A DNA stretch of 63,223 bases, filler included. It is 4 parts of 4 records of this genome, joined end to end, with 100 filler letters (N's around TTAATTAATTAA, not from the genome) between each part and the next. Parts side by side here need not be neighbours in the genome. Positions count along the whole stretch, not along the records: positions 12,623 to 32,125 come from SRR31147125_17267; positions 32,226 to 51,655 come from SRR31147125_17271; 2 more parts are not named here. One strand, 5' to 3'. Below, piece after piece: positions 31,862-42,921 of this stretch (position 1 is its first letter; every line of letters starts with the position of its first letter). The notes beneath the pieces were generated by a model. The model searched no databases and had not been told where the DNA came from. It saw only the letters and a program-made list of their open reading frames with translations. A program made the translations under genes and the position numbers.

Positions 31862-32125
31862 CTAACCCTCCATCTCTGCAATTTCTTTGACGTAATCGTC
31901 CATCCAATCAGGTTCAGCTGTTTTCGTCACCTTTTTGTTTTTCGGTGTAAAACTATGTTCTAACTCTGATGCATGTGCAATAGCATCCTCAGTTGTTTGA
32001 ACACCCCGATTTAACCAATCATTTAAAACTTTTTCTAAATAATTGATATGAGGTAGTATACCATCTTTATGCTTTAATACTAAAATTAAAATGACATTAA
32101 TAATACCTGGTTCTACCTGATTTCT
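31862..32125 (-). CDS. dnaB: Replication initiation/membrane attachment protein DnaB (Bacillus-type), C-terminal fragment
   Basis: Hand translation RNQVEPGIINVILILVLKHKDGILPHINYLEKVLNDWLNRGVQTTEDA...EPDWMDD; directly upstream of dnaI. Confidence 0.8.
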   Translation of the reverse strand, partial: RNQVEPGIINVILILVLKHKDGILPHINYLEKVLNDWLNRGVQTTEDAIAHASELEHSFTPKNKKVTKTAEPDWMDDYVKEIAEMEG

Positions 32126-32225
32126 NNNNNNNNNNNNNNNNNNNNNNNNNNNNNNNNNNNNNNNNNNNNTTAATTAATTAANNNNNNNNNNNNNNNNNNN
32201 NNNNNNNNNNNNNNNNNNNNNNNNN
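32126..32225. other. Artificial contig linker
   Basis: N44-TTAATTAATTAA-N44. Confidence 0.99.
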
Positions 32226-32592
32226 TTTAGCTTTATCTGCTGCATGTATAATATTTTCTAAATATCCGCCTTTACCAGATATAATTTTTTTAAGAGATTT
32301 ATGCGATTATAAAAAATGGGATATTGGAAAAGCAAAACAGATACAGGATGCTATATTTTGCTCAATAACACTCACCTTATCGCTGGTGTTTTTAAAAAGG
32401 ATATTTGGCATAGGGTTACTTACTGTAATAAGCGCTTATGCAGTTGGGAAAATAGTGGGATTTTTAAAAAAATATTTTGAAAAAACTATTGATTTGACGT
32501 TTATGATGGGCAAAGAGAAGTTTGATAAAATAATGGAACGAAATATTTTTGGCGCGAAGAATAAGGATATAGAGGCTGATATCGATATATAA
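32226..32592 (+). CDS. 3' fragment of a YczE/DUF6198-like membrane protein
   Basis: The frame of ORF 32386 extends upstream as WDIGKAKQIQDAIFCSITLTLSLVFLKRIFGIGLLTVISAYAVGKIVG; apparent indels near the contig edge. Confidence 0.55.
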
Positions 32593-32628
32593 ATAAGCAA
32601 AGCTACTCGCTTATATCTTTTGATAACT

Positions 32629-33270
32629 CTATAAATTCTCTATTGAATCAATATCAATATCATAAAGGCTATCCACGATTAAATCCGCCTTTGAATAATC
32701 GGCATTATAATCGTTTTTATGTGCTATACATATTGCACCTGCTGCTTTAGCGGCACTTATTCCGTTAGCAGAATCTTCGATAATAACACAAGATTCAATC
32801 GGAACACTGAGGTTTTGGGCAACTTTAAGATAGATATCTGGAAAAGGCTTTGAATTTTCTACATCACTTGATGTTACTATTGTGCCTAGCATTTCAGAAA
32901 ATCCAAACTTATCTACAATAATTTTGGTCTCTTTGCCTTGAGAGGCTGTACCAAGCCCAAGTTTGTAGCCGTTATTATATAATTTTGACATTAGTTCATA
33001 AGAACCATCAATTCTTTTAATGTGTCCTCGATCTAATCTTTTAAGATACATATTGCGTTCTTTTTCCATCATATGTTCAACTTCATAATCAAAGCCGTGT
33101 TCCTCTTTTATCTGTGTCCAAAGCTTAACCATGCTTGTGCCAACAAAGCTTTTCTTAAGCTCCAAATCAAGCTCTAAACCAAGGCTTACAAATAGTTCTT
33201 CCTCTATTTCTTGATACACATGTTCACTGTCAATCAAAACTCCATCCATATCAAATATTACAGTCTTCAT
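32629..33270 (-). CDS. HAD family phosphatase (beta-phosphoglucomutase-like)
   Basis: IFDMDGVLIDSE, KPFPDIY, IEDSANG; start reset to MKTVIF. Confidence 0.92.
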   Translation of the reverse strand: MKTVIFDMDGVLIDSEHVYQEIEEELFVSLGLELDLELKKSFVGTSMVKLWTQIKEEHGFDYEVEHMMEKERNMYLKRLDRGHIKRIDGSYELMSKLYNNGYKLGLGTASQGKETKIIVDKFGFSEMLGTIVTSSDVENSKPFPDIYLKVAQNLSVPIESCVIIEDSANGISAAKAAGAICIAHKNDYNADYSKADLIVDSLYDIDIDSIENL

Positions 33271-33402
33271 AGATGCTCCTTTAAAATAATTTGAAAAGCA
33301 ATTTCGATTATAGCACAATATATCCGTAAATTAAAAGAGCTATACTCTTATATTTTTAATAATAAGAATACAGCCCAAATACGAATGTACTAAATTCTAA
33401 TT

Positions 33403-34509
33403 TTAGTTTGTGATAACAGCTTCAGTTTCAGCATCAAAGATATGAATCTTCTCTGAGTTGAATTGGAACCAGATATCAGAATCTGTTTTTGCTTGTGTAT
33501 TTGTATCAAATTTAGCGATTACCTTTTCATCGCAGAAGTAGAAATAAACAAGAACTTCGCTACCCATCATTTCAGAAAGGTCAACTTTAGCTTCAAAAGC
33601 ATTTTCACATTTTCCTTCAACTTCTAAAACGTCTTCAGGTCTTACACCAAACTTAACTGTTTTACCAACATAAGAATCAAGTTTTCCATCTTTGTTCTTA
33701 GAAGCAGGAAGCGTGATTTCTCCTTGTTTTGTACTAATAGCAAATGCATCGCCTTTTTTAGTGATTTCGCCATCAAAGATGTTCATTCTTGGAGAACCGA
33801 TGAAACCAGCAACAAATAGGTTGCAAGGATAGTGGTATAGGTTAGAAGGATTATCAACTTGTTGGATGAGTCCATCTTTCATAACTACAATTCTATCAGC
33901 CATTGTCATAGCTTCTGTTTGGTCATGAGTAACATAAATGAATGTTGTTCCAAGACGTTTATGTAATTTAGTAATCTCTGAACGCATTTGAGTTCTAAGT
34001 TTTGCATCAAGGTTAGATAACGGTTCATCCAAAAGGAAAACCTGTGGGTCACGAACCATTGCACGACCAAGAGCTACACGCTGACGTTGTCCACCAGAAA
34101 GTGCTTTTGGTTTTCTCTTTAAAAGATGTTCAATATCCAAAACTTTAGCTGCTAATTCAACTTTGAGTTGGATATCATCCTTAGGAATTTTTCTTAATGT
34201 AAGACCAAAAGCCATGTTTTCATAAACAGTCATATGAGGGTATAACGCATAGTTTTGGAAAACCATCGCGATATCTCTATCTTTTGGTGCTACGTCATTA
34301 ACAACCTTGTCACCAATCTTCAACTCACCTTCAGTAATCTCTTCAAGACCAGCAATCATTCTTAGGGTTGTTGATTTTCCGCAACCAGAAGGACCAACTA
34401 GGATAACGAACTCTTTATCTTCGATTTCTAAGTTGCAATCTTGAACAGCAACAAATTGCTCTTTGCCTGGATAAATTTTCTTAATGTTTTTAAGTGAAAT
34501 ACTTGCCAT
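33403..34509 (-). CDS. msmX: Multiple-sugar ABC transporter ATPase (MsmX/UgpC-like)
   Basis: GPSGCGKST, VFQNYALYPHM, LSGGQRQRVALGR, DEPLSNLDAKLR; stand-alone gene. Confidence 0.92.
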   Translation of the reverse strand: MASISLKNIKKIYPGKEQFVAVQDCNLEIEDKEFVILVGPSGCGKSTTLRMIAGLEEITEGELKIGDKVVNDVAPKDRDIAMVFQNYALYPHMTVYENMAFGLTLRKIPKDDIQLKVELAAKVLDIEHLLKRKPKALSGGQRQRVALGRAMVRDPQVFLLDEPLSNLDAKLRTQMRSEITKLHKRLGTTFIYVTHDQTEAMTMADRIVVMKDGLIQQVDNPSNLYHYPCNLFVAGFIGSPRMNIFDGEITKKGDAFAISTKQGEITLPASKNKDGKLDSYVGKTVKFGVRPEDVLEVEGKCENAFEAKVDLSEMMGSEVLVYFYFCDEKVIAKFDTNTQAKTDSDIWFQFNSEKIHIFDAETEAVITN

Positions 34510-34644
34510 AAATAATCTCCTTGTTATAGTAAAATATTGAACTGTTGCACAGTGTGAATAATTAATATATACTCTTATTAAAATATATTATAACAGATAA
34601 ATTGATGCATTTCGTGGTAAAATATCGGATGAAAGGGTAAAATA

Positions 34645-35445
34645 TTGAATATAAAAGAAAATATAATATTTGAGCAGGTGGATATAGGGCTAGTGAGTGC
34701 TAAAGATAAGCATTTTGCGTGTAATATAGACGATTGTTTTTATATTGTTGCGATAAAGAACAAAAATGAAATTATTAAAATAGATGGCGAATATATCAGC
34801 CTAGACTGCGATAGTATATATGTTTTAAAAGATGTTGGAAGGCTTGGATTTTCTGAAGATTTAATTGTGATAATGATTAAGGGTGAACTTTGCGATAAAT
34901 ATATAAAGAACGATGTTTTGGATTCTGTTTTAAAATTTTCTGCTCATACAAAAATAATGCGTTTGATAAACGATTTTATAGATCACAAGGTAAAACTTGG
35001 TGATATAGAAGAAAAGAAAAAATTCAGTATGGCTATGGACATGATGATTGATATTGTGTTTTATAATCCTATTAAAAGCAAAAAAACCAATAAAATTGTA
35101 AATGATGCTCTTTATTATATACACGAATACTATTACGAAATATACGGTATAGATCAACTATGCGATAGGTTAAACGTTAGTAAATCGTATTTAATAAGAA
35201 TGTTTAAAATACAGATGGATATAACCCCTCTTAACTATATTCAACAGTTTAAGACCGCCAAAGCAAAGCGATTTTTACTTGAAGAATCTTTAGACATCAA
35301 GACGATAGCCAACCTTTGCGGATATTCCTGTGCAAATTATTTCAGCAAGGTTTTTAAAAAAGAATCTGGTGTTTCTCCTTGTGAATTTCGCAAGTTAAAT
35401 CAGGACAAAAAGGACGATAGCTTGCCAGATGAATTTTATCTATAA
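34645..35445 (+). CDS. AraC family transcriptional regulator
   Basis: C-terminal double HTH: SKSYLIRMFK, IANLCGY..NYFSKVFKKESGVSP..FR. Confidence 0.9.
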   Translation: MNIKENIIFEQVDIGLVSAKDKHFACNIDDCFYIVAIKNKNEIIKIDGEYISLDCDSIYVLKDVGRLGFSEDLIVIMIKGELCDKYIKNDVLDSVLKFSAHTKIMRLINDFIDHKVKLGDIEEKKKFSMAMDMMIDIVFYNPIKSKKTNKIVNDALYYIHEYYYEIYGIDQLCDRLNVSKSYLIRMFKIQMDITPLNYIQQFKTAKAKRFLLEESLDIKTIANLCGYSCANYFSKVFKKESGVSPCEFRKLNQDKKDDSLPDEFYL

Positions 35446-35468
35446 AAACGATCTGCAATGAATTTAAC

Positions 35469-35497
35469 TTGAAGAATGATATTTGAATTGGTATAAT
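35469..35497 (+). promoter_or_regulatory. Sigma-A type promoter upstream of buk
   Basis: TTGAAG-17 nt-TATAAT with extended TG. Confidence 0.6.
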
Positions 35498-35610
35498 TAC
35501 TAAGCGGATAATACCGACCGAAATACGGACACAAATTTTGATGTGCGTATTTTACACTGAGTCGTTATTCGAAAAATCATACTAGAGAGCATAGTCTTGT
35601 GGAGGATAAA

Positions 35611-36677
35611 GTGGAATATATTTTGGTGATAAACCCAGGAAGCACATCTACAAAAATAGCATTATACGATAATGTAAACGAGATGTTTTCTAAAAACATT
35701 CAACATAGCACCGATGAAATAGACAGCTTCGATAGCATAGCAGGTCAATATTCTTACAGAAAAAAAGAAATAGAAAGGTTTTTAAACCAAAAGAAAATTG
35801 ATATAAAATCGTTAAAGATAATAATGGGCAGAGGTGGTGCTGGTTTAAAGCCAGTTAGTGCCGGAGGATACTTAGTTAACCAAGAAATGATAACAAGACT
35901 AAAGGATAAACCACTTATCCAACACGCATCAAATCTTGGTGCGCTAATTGCAAAAGATTTAGCTGATAGTGCAGGTGCGAAAGCATATATATATGACCCT
36001 ATAGTTACAGATGAGCTTGCAGATATAGCGAGAATAAGCGGGTTAAAAGAAGTTGAAAGAGTAAGTGCTTGGCACGCGTTAAACTGCCGAGCTATGGCTA
36101 TGATGTATGCGGATGAGAATGGCAAGAATCTTGAGGATTTAAATATTATAGTTTCTCACATTGGAGGAGGGATTTCTTGCTGTGCCTTACAAAAAGGAAA
36201 AGCAATTGATATAGTAAGTGATGACGAGGGACCTTTTTCTCCACAAAGATCAGGTGGTATTCCTAGTGCTAAATTAGTTGAGCTTTGTTTTAAAGGCGGA
36301 CATGATTATAAAACTATGCAAAAAAAATACGTGGAAATGGCGGAATAAAAGATTATCTGCAGACTACTGATCTGCCGAAAATCATTGAAAATATTAAAAA
36401 CGGCGATGAATATGCAAAGCTGATTATTGATGCTATGGTGCTTCAGATAAGTAAAGCAATCGCATCGCTTTCTGCTTCGCTTTGTGGTGATGTCGATTAT
36501 ATTATCTTAACTGGAGGCGTTGCTAAAAGTGATTATATTATCAGCGAAATAAAAAAGCGCGTAGAGTTTTTGTCGAAAGTTATTGTTAAACCTGGCGAGA
36601 ACGAAATGCTAGCTTTGGCGCTTGCTGGCAACAGACTTTTAAAAGGTCAAGAATGTGCAAAAGAATATTTTGAATAA
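35611..36677 (+). CDS. buk: Butyrate kinase, 1-nt frameshift at the A8 run 36320-36327
   Basis: INPGSTSTK, HASNLG, HALN, HIGGGIS, GPFSPQRSG; second frame IILTGG and PGENEM; one more A gives MQKKIRGNGG. Confidence 0.93.
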
Positions 36678-36809
36678 GCTAGAAGAGTTACTTTGTAACG
36701 GAAAAACTGGAAATCATAGCTTTTGACAAAATAATATGTATTAATGTATAATCTAGCTAACTGTAAAAAATTCGTTTTTAACAGATAAAATAAAAGTATG
36801 GAATAATAT

Positions 36810-37499
36810 ATGAATGATATAGAAGTTTCGAATTCTATTTTTGAAAAAGATTTTATAATAGATATGCACGAAAAAAAGAAAACTTATCCCTTTTATAATA
36901 AAGGATACTATCCTTTTTTTAAGCGTGTAGCTGATATTGGTGTTTCAACTATGGCACTAATTGTGTTGATAATAGTCTTTCCGTTTGTTGCTATTGCAAT
37001 AAAGCTGGATTCAAAAGGGCCTATTTTTTTTGCGCAACAAAGAATAGGGTTGTATGGGCAAAGGATAAAGATATATAAACTAAGAACCATGTGCGAAAAC
37101 GCAGAAAACATGGTTGATCATAATACCATGACCGAAAAAGGCAAACCTTTTGTGCAAAACAAGGATGATAAAAGAGTTACAAGAGTGGGGGCTTTTTTAA
37201 GAAAGTTTAGTATAGATGAATTGCCACAATTGTTTTGTGTTTTTAAAGGTGATATGAGTTTTATTGGTCCAAGACCATATATAGAAAAAGAAGTTTTACT
37301 GCTTTTAGATAACCATCAGTATAGGCATATGCTAAAACCAGGCCTTACTGGACTTGCACAAGTTAGTGGAAGAAACGATTTGGATTCTGAGCAAAGATTT
37401 GCAAAAGAAGAGGAGTACATGCAAAAAATGTCGGCGTGGCTTGACATAAAGATATTATGGCTTACTATAGTGAGTGTTGTTTTTTCAAAAGGAATTTAA
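36810..37499 (+). CDS. Bacterial sugar transferase (priming phosphoglycosyl transferase)
   Basis: KRVADI, YKLRTM, DKRVTRVGAFLRKFSIDELPQ, GPRP, KPGLTGLAQVSGRN. Confidence 0.92.
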   Translation: MNDIEVSNSIFEKDFIIDMHEKKKTYPFYNKGYYPFFKRVADIGVSTMALIVLIIVFPFVAIAIKLDSKGPIFFAQQRIGLYGQRIKIYKLRTMCENAENMVDHNTMTEKGKPFVQNKDDKRVTRVGAFLRKFSIDELPQLFCVFKGDMSFIGPRPYIEKEVLLLLDNHQYRHMLKPGLTGLAQVSGRNDLDSEQRFAKEEEYMQKMSAWLDIKILWLTIVSVVFSKGI

Positions 37500-37528
37500 C
37501 GCGAAGGGAATAGGGTTTAATATAAAAT

Positions 37529-38377
37529 ATGTTAGTAAAGGTAAACGCAAAGCTTAATTTTTGCTTAAACATAACAAATATAAGAAGTGACGGTTATCAT
37601 GAGATAGATTCTGTATTTCAAAATATCCGTCTTTTTGATTTGCTTATTGTAGAAAAAGATAAAGGTATCAGTATAAAATGCTCTGATCCGCATGTCCCAA
37701 AAGATAGTGGCAATACGTGCTATAAAATGGCGGATATTATGATAAAAGAATATGGGATAGACGGCGTATCTATTGATATTAAAAAAAATATTCCTTCGTG
37801 TGCAGGGCTAGGTGGAGCTAGTGCAGATGCTGCTGGCGTTTTATATTGTATTAATCAGTTATATAATTTAAATATTGAAGAGGAAAAACTTATTGATATA
37901 TGTATGCGCGTTGGCGCAGATGTTTCTTTTTTTATAAAAGGCGGATGTCAAAGAGCGACCGGTATTGGAGAAAAGCTTGAAACTTTAGAAAATCCATTTG
38001 ACTTTGATATTGTTGTTATAAAACCGTTTGGTGGTGTTTCTACTCCAAAAGCGTATGGTTATTTTGATGCAAATAATGTTGTGTATAATGACGAAAACAA
38101 GATGCTAAAAGCTATTAAAAACAAAGAGGAACAGCAGTTTATAGATTCGATGCGAAATGACTTAGAACAAGCCGCAGTAAATTTGCAACCCAATTGCAAA
38201 ATAGCTAAGCAAGCTTTGATAAAAGCAGGAGCAAAAAAGGCCATGGTAACTGGTAGTGGTTCTTGTGTATTTGGCTTGTTTAAAGATGCTAGTGATATTT
38301 ACAATAAAATTGACAAAACACAGTTTGAACATGTGTTTTTAACTAAGGCTGCCCAAACTGGAATAGATAACATATAA
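37529..38377 (+). CDS. ispE: 4-diphosphocytidyl-2-C-methyl-D-erythritol kinase
   Basis: AKLN, DGYHEI, KNIPSCAGLGGASADAA, GADV, TGSGS. Confidence 0.95.
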   Translation: MLVKVNAKLNFCLNITNIRSDGYHEIDSVFQNIRLFDLLIVEKDKGISIKCSDPHVPKDSGNTCYKMADIMIKEYGIDGVSIDIKKNIPSCAGLGGASADAAGVLYCINQLYNLNIEEEKLIDICMRVGADVSFFIKGGCQRATGIGEKLETLENPFDFDIVVIKPFGGVSTPKAYGYFDANNVVYNDENKMLKAIKNKEEQQFIDSMRNDLEQAAVNLQPNCKIAKQALIKAGAKKAMVTGSGSCVFGLFKDASDIYNKIDKTQFEHVFLTKAAQTGIDNI

Positions 38378-38405
38378 GGTTAAAATGAAAAAGATGGTTT
38401 AAGTT

Positions 38406-39110
38406 TTAATAGGACATTTGATTTTTGATTTTATATTCGTACATATCGCCTCTATACACCGCACTTTCAATGTATATTAGCTTTCCCTTAGCACAAAAAT
38501 ACTGAGAAATAATTTCTAAAACAGCGGAAACTTTAGGGATTTTTAAAAAAACTATATCAGAATCATTTGCAAGTCTTGCGCTGACATTAAAATCACATCT
38601 AACGGGATGCAAGTTATACTTTTCACTTAAAAGAGAATGAAGAGAGCCTTTTAGCATATCGCGCTTTAAATTTGGACAATTATCAAAAGGAATATATATT
38701 TTTTCAACAGCTATAGGTGTTTGATCAGCAAATCTTGTTCTTTTGGATACATAATACCTTTTATCCATAAAATCAAAATTCATATTGGGTTCGCATTCAA
38801 TATCTCTGCTTTCAAATGATTCAACTATGGTGTTTGGTGTTTTTCCTTTTTTAGAAATAGCTTGAGTAAAGCTCATAACGCTGTTTTGTGAGTATTTGTT
38901 TGTAGATACAAAAGTGCCTTTGCCTTGGATTTTGTAAAGAACTCCAGAAGATACAAGGTCAGAAATTGCATGTCTAACGGTCATTCTTGAACAATTATAT
39001 ATCTTTGAAAGCTCTCTTTCGGAAGGGATAGGCATAGATTCTAAAAATTCGCCACTCGCTATTTTATCTAAAACAGTGTTTTTGATGGATATATACTTAT
39101 AATCAGACAT
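38406..39110 (-). CDS. GntR family regulator (HutC/UTRA type)
   Basis: IPSERELS..SRMTVRHAI..QGKGTFV; UTRA-like C-terminus. Confidence 0.92.
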   Translation of the reverse strand: MSDYKYISIKNTVLDKIASGEFLESMPIPSERELSKIYNCSRMTVRHAISDLVSSGVLYKIQGKGTFVSTNKYSQNSVMSFTQAISKKGKTPNTIVESFESRDIECEPNMNFDFMDKRYYVSKRTRFADQTPIAVEKIYIPFDNCPNLKRDMLKGSLHSLLSEKYNLHPVRCDFNVSARLANDSDIVFLKIPKVSAVLEIISQYFCAKGKLIYIESAVYRGDMYEYKIKNQMSY

Positions 39111-39180
39111 AATACTTTTACCTTTACTTTGTTATATAAAAAGGCCGCCTAGAAAAAAATGAAAAAGGCGACCTTGGGAA

Positions 39181-39881
39181 TTATCTTATTAAAATTTGTG
39201 GATGCTTTTTAAAACAATCCAATATACTTGAAGTAATCAGTTTATGTCCGCTTTCGTTTGGATGTATGCCATCCGAACAAACATACTTTCTAAAATCTGG
39301 TGTTTTTAGAAAATATCCTCTTGCTTCTACAACAGGCAACCCAAACTCACATGCTACCATATTGACACGTATAGAGTATCTTTCGTGCCACCAATAAATT
39401 TTTGAAACATCACCAAGCCACTTTAATATGTTCTCGCACTTCATGCTGTCTCCACCAGTAAACCACTCAAAATATTTGTTGGCATTAAGCGGCGGCAAAG
39501 TCATAAGAACAGGTGTAGCCCCAAAATCCAAAACAGTAGTTATCATGGACTTTAAATGTGCCTCAAAATCGTCAATCGGTGTCTTAGGTAAATGATCGCT
39601 ATAGGGGTCGTTTGCAATCTCGTTCCATAAAAAATCACAATCGTTTCCACCATACTCAATAAGGACAACATTAGGGCTGTGCTTATCAAGCCTTTCGCCA
39701 AGCTTTTGGATACCGTGTTTTACAGTAGTTCCAAACTTTGCAGAATTAACTACATCCACATCCAAAGCCTGCGAGAGATTATTTGCAAAAGAGTTTTTTA
39801 GAAAAAGTATCTTTTCTTTTCCTCATTCAGCGAAACACCTTTGCAAAGTGAATCTCCCAAAATAAGAATTTTTTTATTCAT
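39181..39881 (-). CDS. SGNH/GDSL hydrolase, 1-nt frameshift at 39802-39806
   Basis: ATG 39881 after AGGAGG gives MNKKILILGDSLCKG; downstream frame has EYGGND and DGIHPN. Confidence 0.88.
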
Positions 39882-40163
39882 AGTTTTCCTCCTAAAAATG
39901 ATAATAATTATATAATATATAATTCCAAATATACCAGAAAGAAAGCTAACAAAATAATCCTCAAGTATTAAATTTTATAAACAAATAATAACATAGCAAA
40001 AAAACAAAAGCAATAATATAATGTAAATTAAATTTTAACAAATTGATAATAAATGAAATATAATTTTATAAATTACACTTTGGTGATATAATCTATGTAA
40101 ATTGGCAAAAAAAGTTTATTAATTTAAAATACTAACTTGTTTAAAATAGATATAGGACTGTTT

Positions 40164-41068
40164 ATGAAAAAAAGAAGATAAAATATTCGATAAAGCCAAA
40201 ACTGAGAGCCGCTGAATATAGTGATATTAATAAAAAGTTGATATTGTTCTTAAGCTTTTTAGCAATAGTTGCATTAGTGGTTGTAATTGTTTTAATAACT
40301 GACGCAGTAAAACCGCCGAATGTTTCGCTTGCTTCGAAAGAGATTTTTGAAAAAGGCATGATTATTGTTGGCGTAAGAGATGACCTTGGGTCTTTTTGTA
40401 CCTATAATGAAGAAAAAGAGATATATGAGGGGTTTGAGGTAGACGTTTGTGAAGAAGCCTTTAAGCGAATATTCCAAGATCAGGTAGTCATTAGGTATGA
40501 ACAAATTTATACCACAACAAAACTATCGAAGCTATATAGAAGAGAAATAGATGTGTGCGTAGGGGCGTTTGTTCCTAATTCCTCTATCAATATTCCAATA
40601 AACTATACGGATGGCTTTTTTGTTGATAAATCTGCAATTGTAGTTAAAAAAGACCAAAGAATAAATGTTTTAAACGCAAACAAGGTGTTAATTGGGGTTA
40701 TTAACAATAGCTATACACATAAAAATATAGAAGATTATCTTGCAAGAGTTACCGAAGCTAAGCCAGAAGATGACCGTCAAGAATATGAGATTATAACTTT
40801 TGCATCGTATCAAGATTTGTTTGAAGCTGTAAGTACTTATAAAGTGGATGCTATTTCTGGTAGTATGCTGTTTATAAGTTTGTTTATGCAAGATGATTTA
40901 GTTGTTTTGCCAGATAGATTTTTATACCATGAATATTGCATTGCACTAAATGCATATGATGATGAGCTTACAAAGGTTTTTAACGAAGCGATATACGCTA
41001 TGAAGGTTGATGGAACTATAGAAAAGCTTAAAAATAAATGGGATGTAAATTCGATATTTGGTGAGTAA
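40164..41068 (+). CDS. Family 3 (polar amino acid) solute-binding protein with N-terminal TM anchor; 1-nt frameshift in the A7 run after the ATG
   Basis: IVGVRDD, EGFEVDV, DGTIEKLKNKW; ATG 40164 joins the ORF if the run 40167-40173 is A8. Confidence 0.8.
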
Positions 41069-41184
41069 AAAGATAGTAATAAATATTCGTAAGAAGCTAC
41101 TTTCGTTGTAAGTGGTTTAGATATATGTTAGAATATCTTTGTTAATTTAAAAGTACCTTTTTTAAATAAGGGGAGATATTTTTC

Positions 41185-42180
41185 ATGGGGCAACAAAGCG
41201 AGATAAAGATATTTACAGGAACATACGGAAAAAAATTTGCTAAAAGAATGTGTAAATATCTTGGAATAGAGCTTGGAAAATCGGAAGTAAAACATTTTTC
41301 GGAAGGCAATATATTTGTAAAAATTCAAGAAAAGGTTCGTGGGCTTGATGTTTATTTTGTAGAATCCATGGGTCTTGATCCAAATAACTCCTTTACAGAA
41401 ATACTTTTTTGGATGGATGCTTTTAAAAGAGCAAGTGCAAAATCGGTAACTTGCATTATGCCGTATTTTTCTTATGCAAAGGGCGATAAAAAAGATGAGC
41501 CAAGGGTTTCGCTTAGAGCAAGAGTATGTGCAGAATGTTTGGAGCTTGCAGGAGCTGACAGGCTTATTATGATGGATTTGCACAGTCCGCAGGTGCAAGG
41601 CTTTTTTAAAGTTCCGTTAGATCATATTAATGCGATGCCTATTTTATGTGAGTATGCAAAAAAGCAAGATATCATTAAAAAGGACACTGTAATTGTTTCT
41701 CCTGATGCTGGGTTTGCTAAGAGTGCAAGAAAGTACTGTGAATATTTGAACCTAAGCTTTGCATTAGGTGAAAAGATTAGAACTAATCATGAAGAAGAAG
41801 CAAAGTGTATCAATATATTTGGCGATGTTGATGGCAGAGACTGTATAATTGTAGATGACTTTTCGCTTTCGGGTAGAACGCTGCAAGAGGTTGCTATTGC
41901 TTTAAAGAAAAAAGGAGCTAAAGATATTCATGTTTTTTTATCACATATAGCACTAAGTGCCGATGGTGCACAGATTTTGCAGCAAGAACCAGCTATAAAA
42001 AAAGTGATTGGAACTGATAGCATAATAAATAAAAACAGCAAAGACTGCGACAAAATTGAAGTAATATCGGTAGCTCCCATTTTTGCGGAGGCGATTTACA
42101 GAATACACAATCAGCGTTCGTTAGGTGCTATATTTGAAAGAATACCTTCTAAAGTTTTAAAAGAGATAGATAAAATATGA
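41185..42180 (+). CDS. prs: Ribose-phosphate pyrophosphokinase
   Basis: FSEGNI, PYFSYA, MDLHSPQVQGFF, VSPDAG, IIVDDF..SGRT. Confidence 0.93.
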   Translation: MGQQSEIKIFTGTYGKKFAKRMCKYLGIELGKSEVKHFSEGNIFVKIQEKVRGLDVYFVESMGLDPNNSFTEILFWMDAFKRASAKSVTCIMPYFSYAKGDKKDEPRVSLRARVCAECLELAGADRLIMMDLHSPQVQGFFKVPLDHINAMPILCEYAKKQDIIKKDTVIVSPDAGFAKSARKYCEYLNLSFALGEKIRTNHEEEAKCINIFGDVDGRDCIIVDDFSLSGRTLQEVAIALKKKGAKDIHVFLSHIALSADGAQILQQEPAIKKVIGTDSIINKNSKDCDKIEVISVAPIFAEAIYRIHNQRSLGAIFERIPSKVLKEIDKI

Positions 42181-42202
42181 TTTAATATAAGGAGTAATAT
42201 TT

Positions 42203-42880
42203 ATGAGTTATGAAAAAGAAATTAACACATTTATAGACCACACTGTTCTAAAGCCAGATGTTGGAATCGATGTGGTGAAAAAAGTTTGTAATGAGGCAAA
42301 AGAGTATAAGTTTGCAAGTGTTTGCGTAAATTCATGCCATGCAAAAACAGTGACTGATATGCTTAAAGGATCAGGGGTTTTAACCTGTTGTGTTGTGGGT
42401 TTTCCTTTAGGGGCCAGCTTAACTGATGTAAAAGCTTTTGAAACAAAAGCAAGCATAGAGCAAGGTGCTAATGAAATTGATATGGTTATAAATGTTGGTG
42501 CGGCTAAAGACGGAAATTGGGATTATGTTGAGGACGATATTAAAGCTGTGGTTATGGCTGCGGATAAAAAAGCTATAGTAAAAGTAATTTTGGAAACGTG
42601 CCTTTTAACGGATGTCGAGATTGAAAAAGCTTGTATATGTGCTAAAAATGCAGGGGCAGATTTTGTAAAAACTTCGACTGGATTCTCGACTGCTGGGGCT
42701 ACAAAAGAGCATGTAGCACTTATGAGAAAAACAGTAGGACAAGAAATGGGCGTTAAGGCTTCTGGTGGCGTTAGAACGCTAGAAGATGCGAAGGCGATGA
42801 TTGAAAGTGGTGCAAGCAGATTGGGTGTAAGTTCGGGTGTTGCGATTATGAACGGACTAAAAAGCGATTCGGATTACTAA
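42203..42880 (+). CDS. deoC: Deoxyribose-phosphate aldolase
   Basis: [44 protein letters not shown]. Confidence 0.97.
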   Translation: MSYEKEINTFIDHTVLKPDVGIDVVKKVCNEAKEYKFASVCVNSCHAKTVTDMLKGSGVLTCCVVGFPLGASLTDVKAFETKASIEQGANEIDMVINVGAAKDGNWDYVEDDIKAVVMAADKKAIVKVILETCLLTDVEIEKACICAKNAGADFVKTSTGFSTAGATKEHVALMRKTVGQEMGVKASGGVRTLEDAKAMIESGASRLGVSSGVAIMNGLKSDSDY

Positions 42881-42921
42881 TTGATATTATATAATTATTT
42901 GGGATTGGGAAGTAAGGTTAT

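Noticed and set aside
41128-41598. Antisense ORFs (this one, 13333-13704, 48276-48833, 61083-61454 and other short ones)
   Set aside because: Shadows of well-supported genes on the opposite strand or frame, with no motifs.
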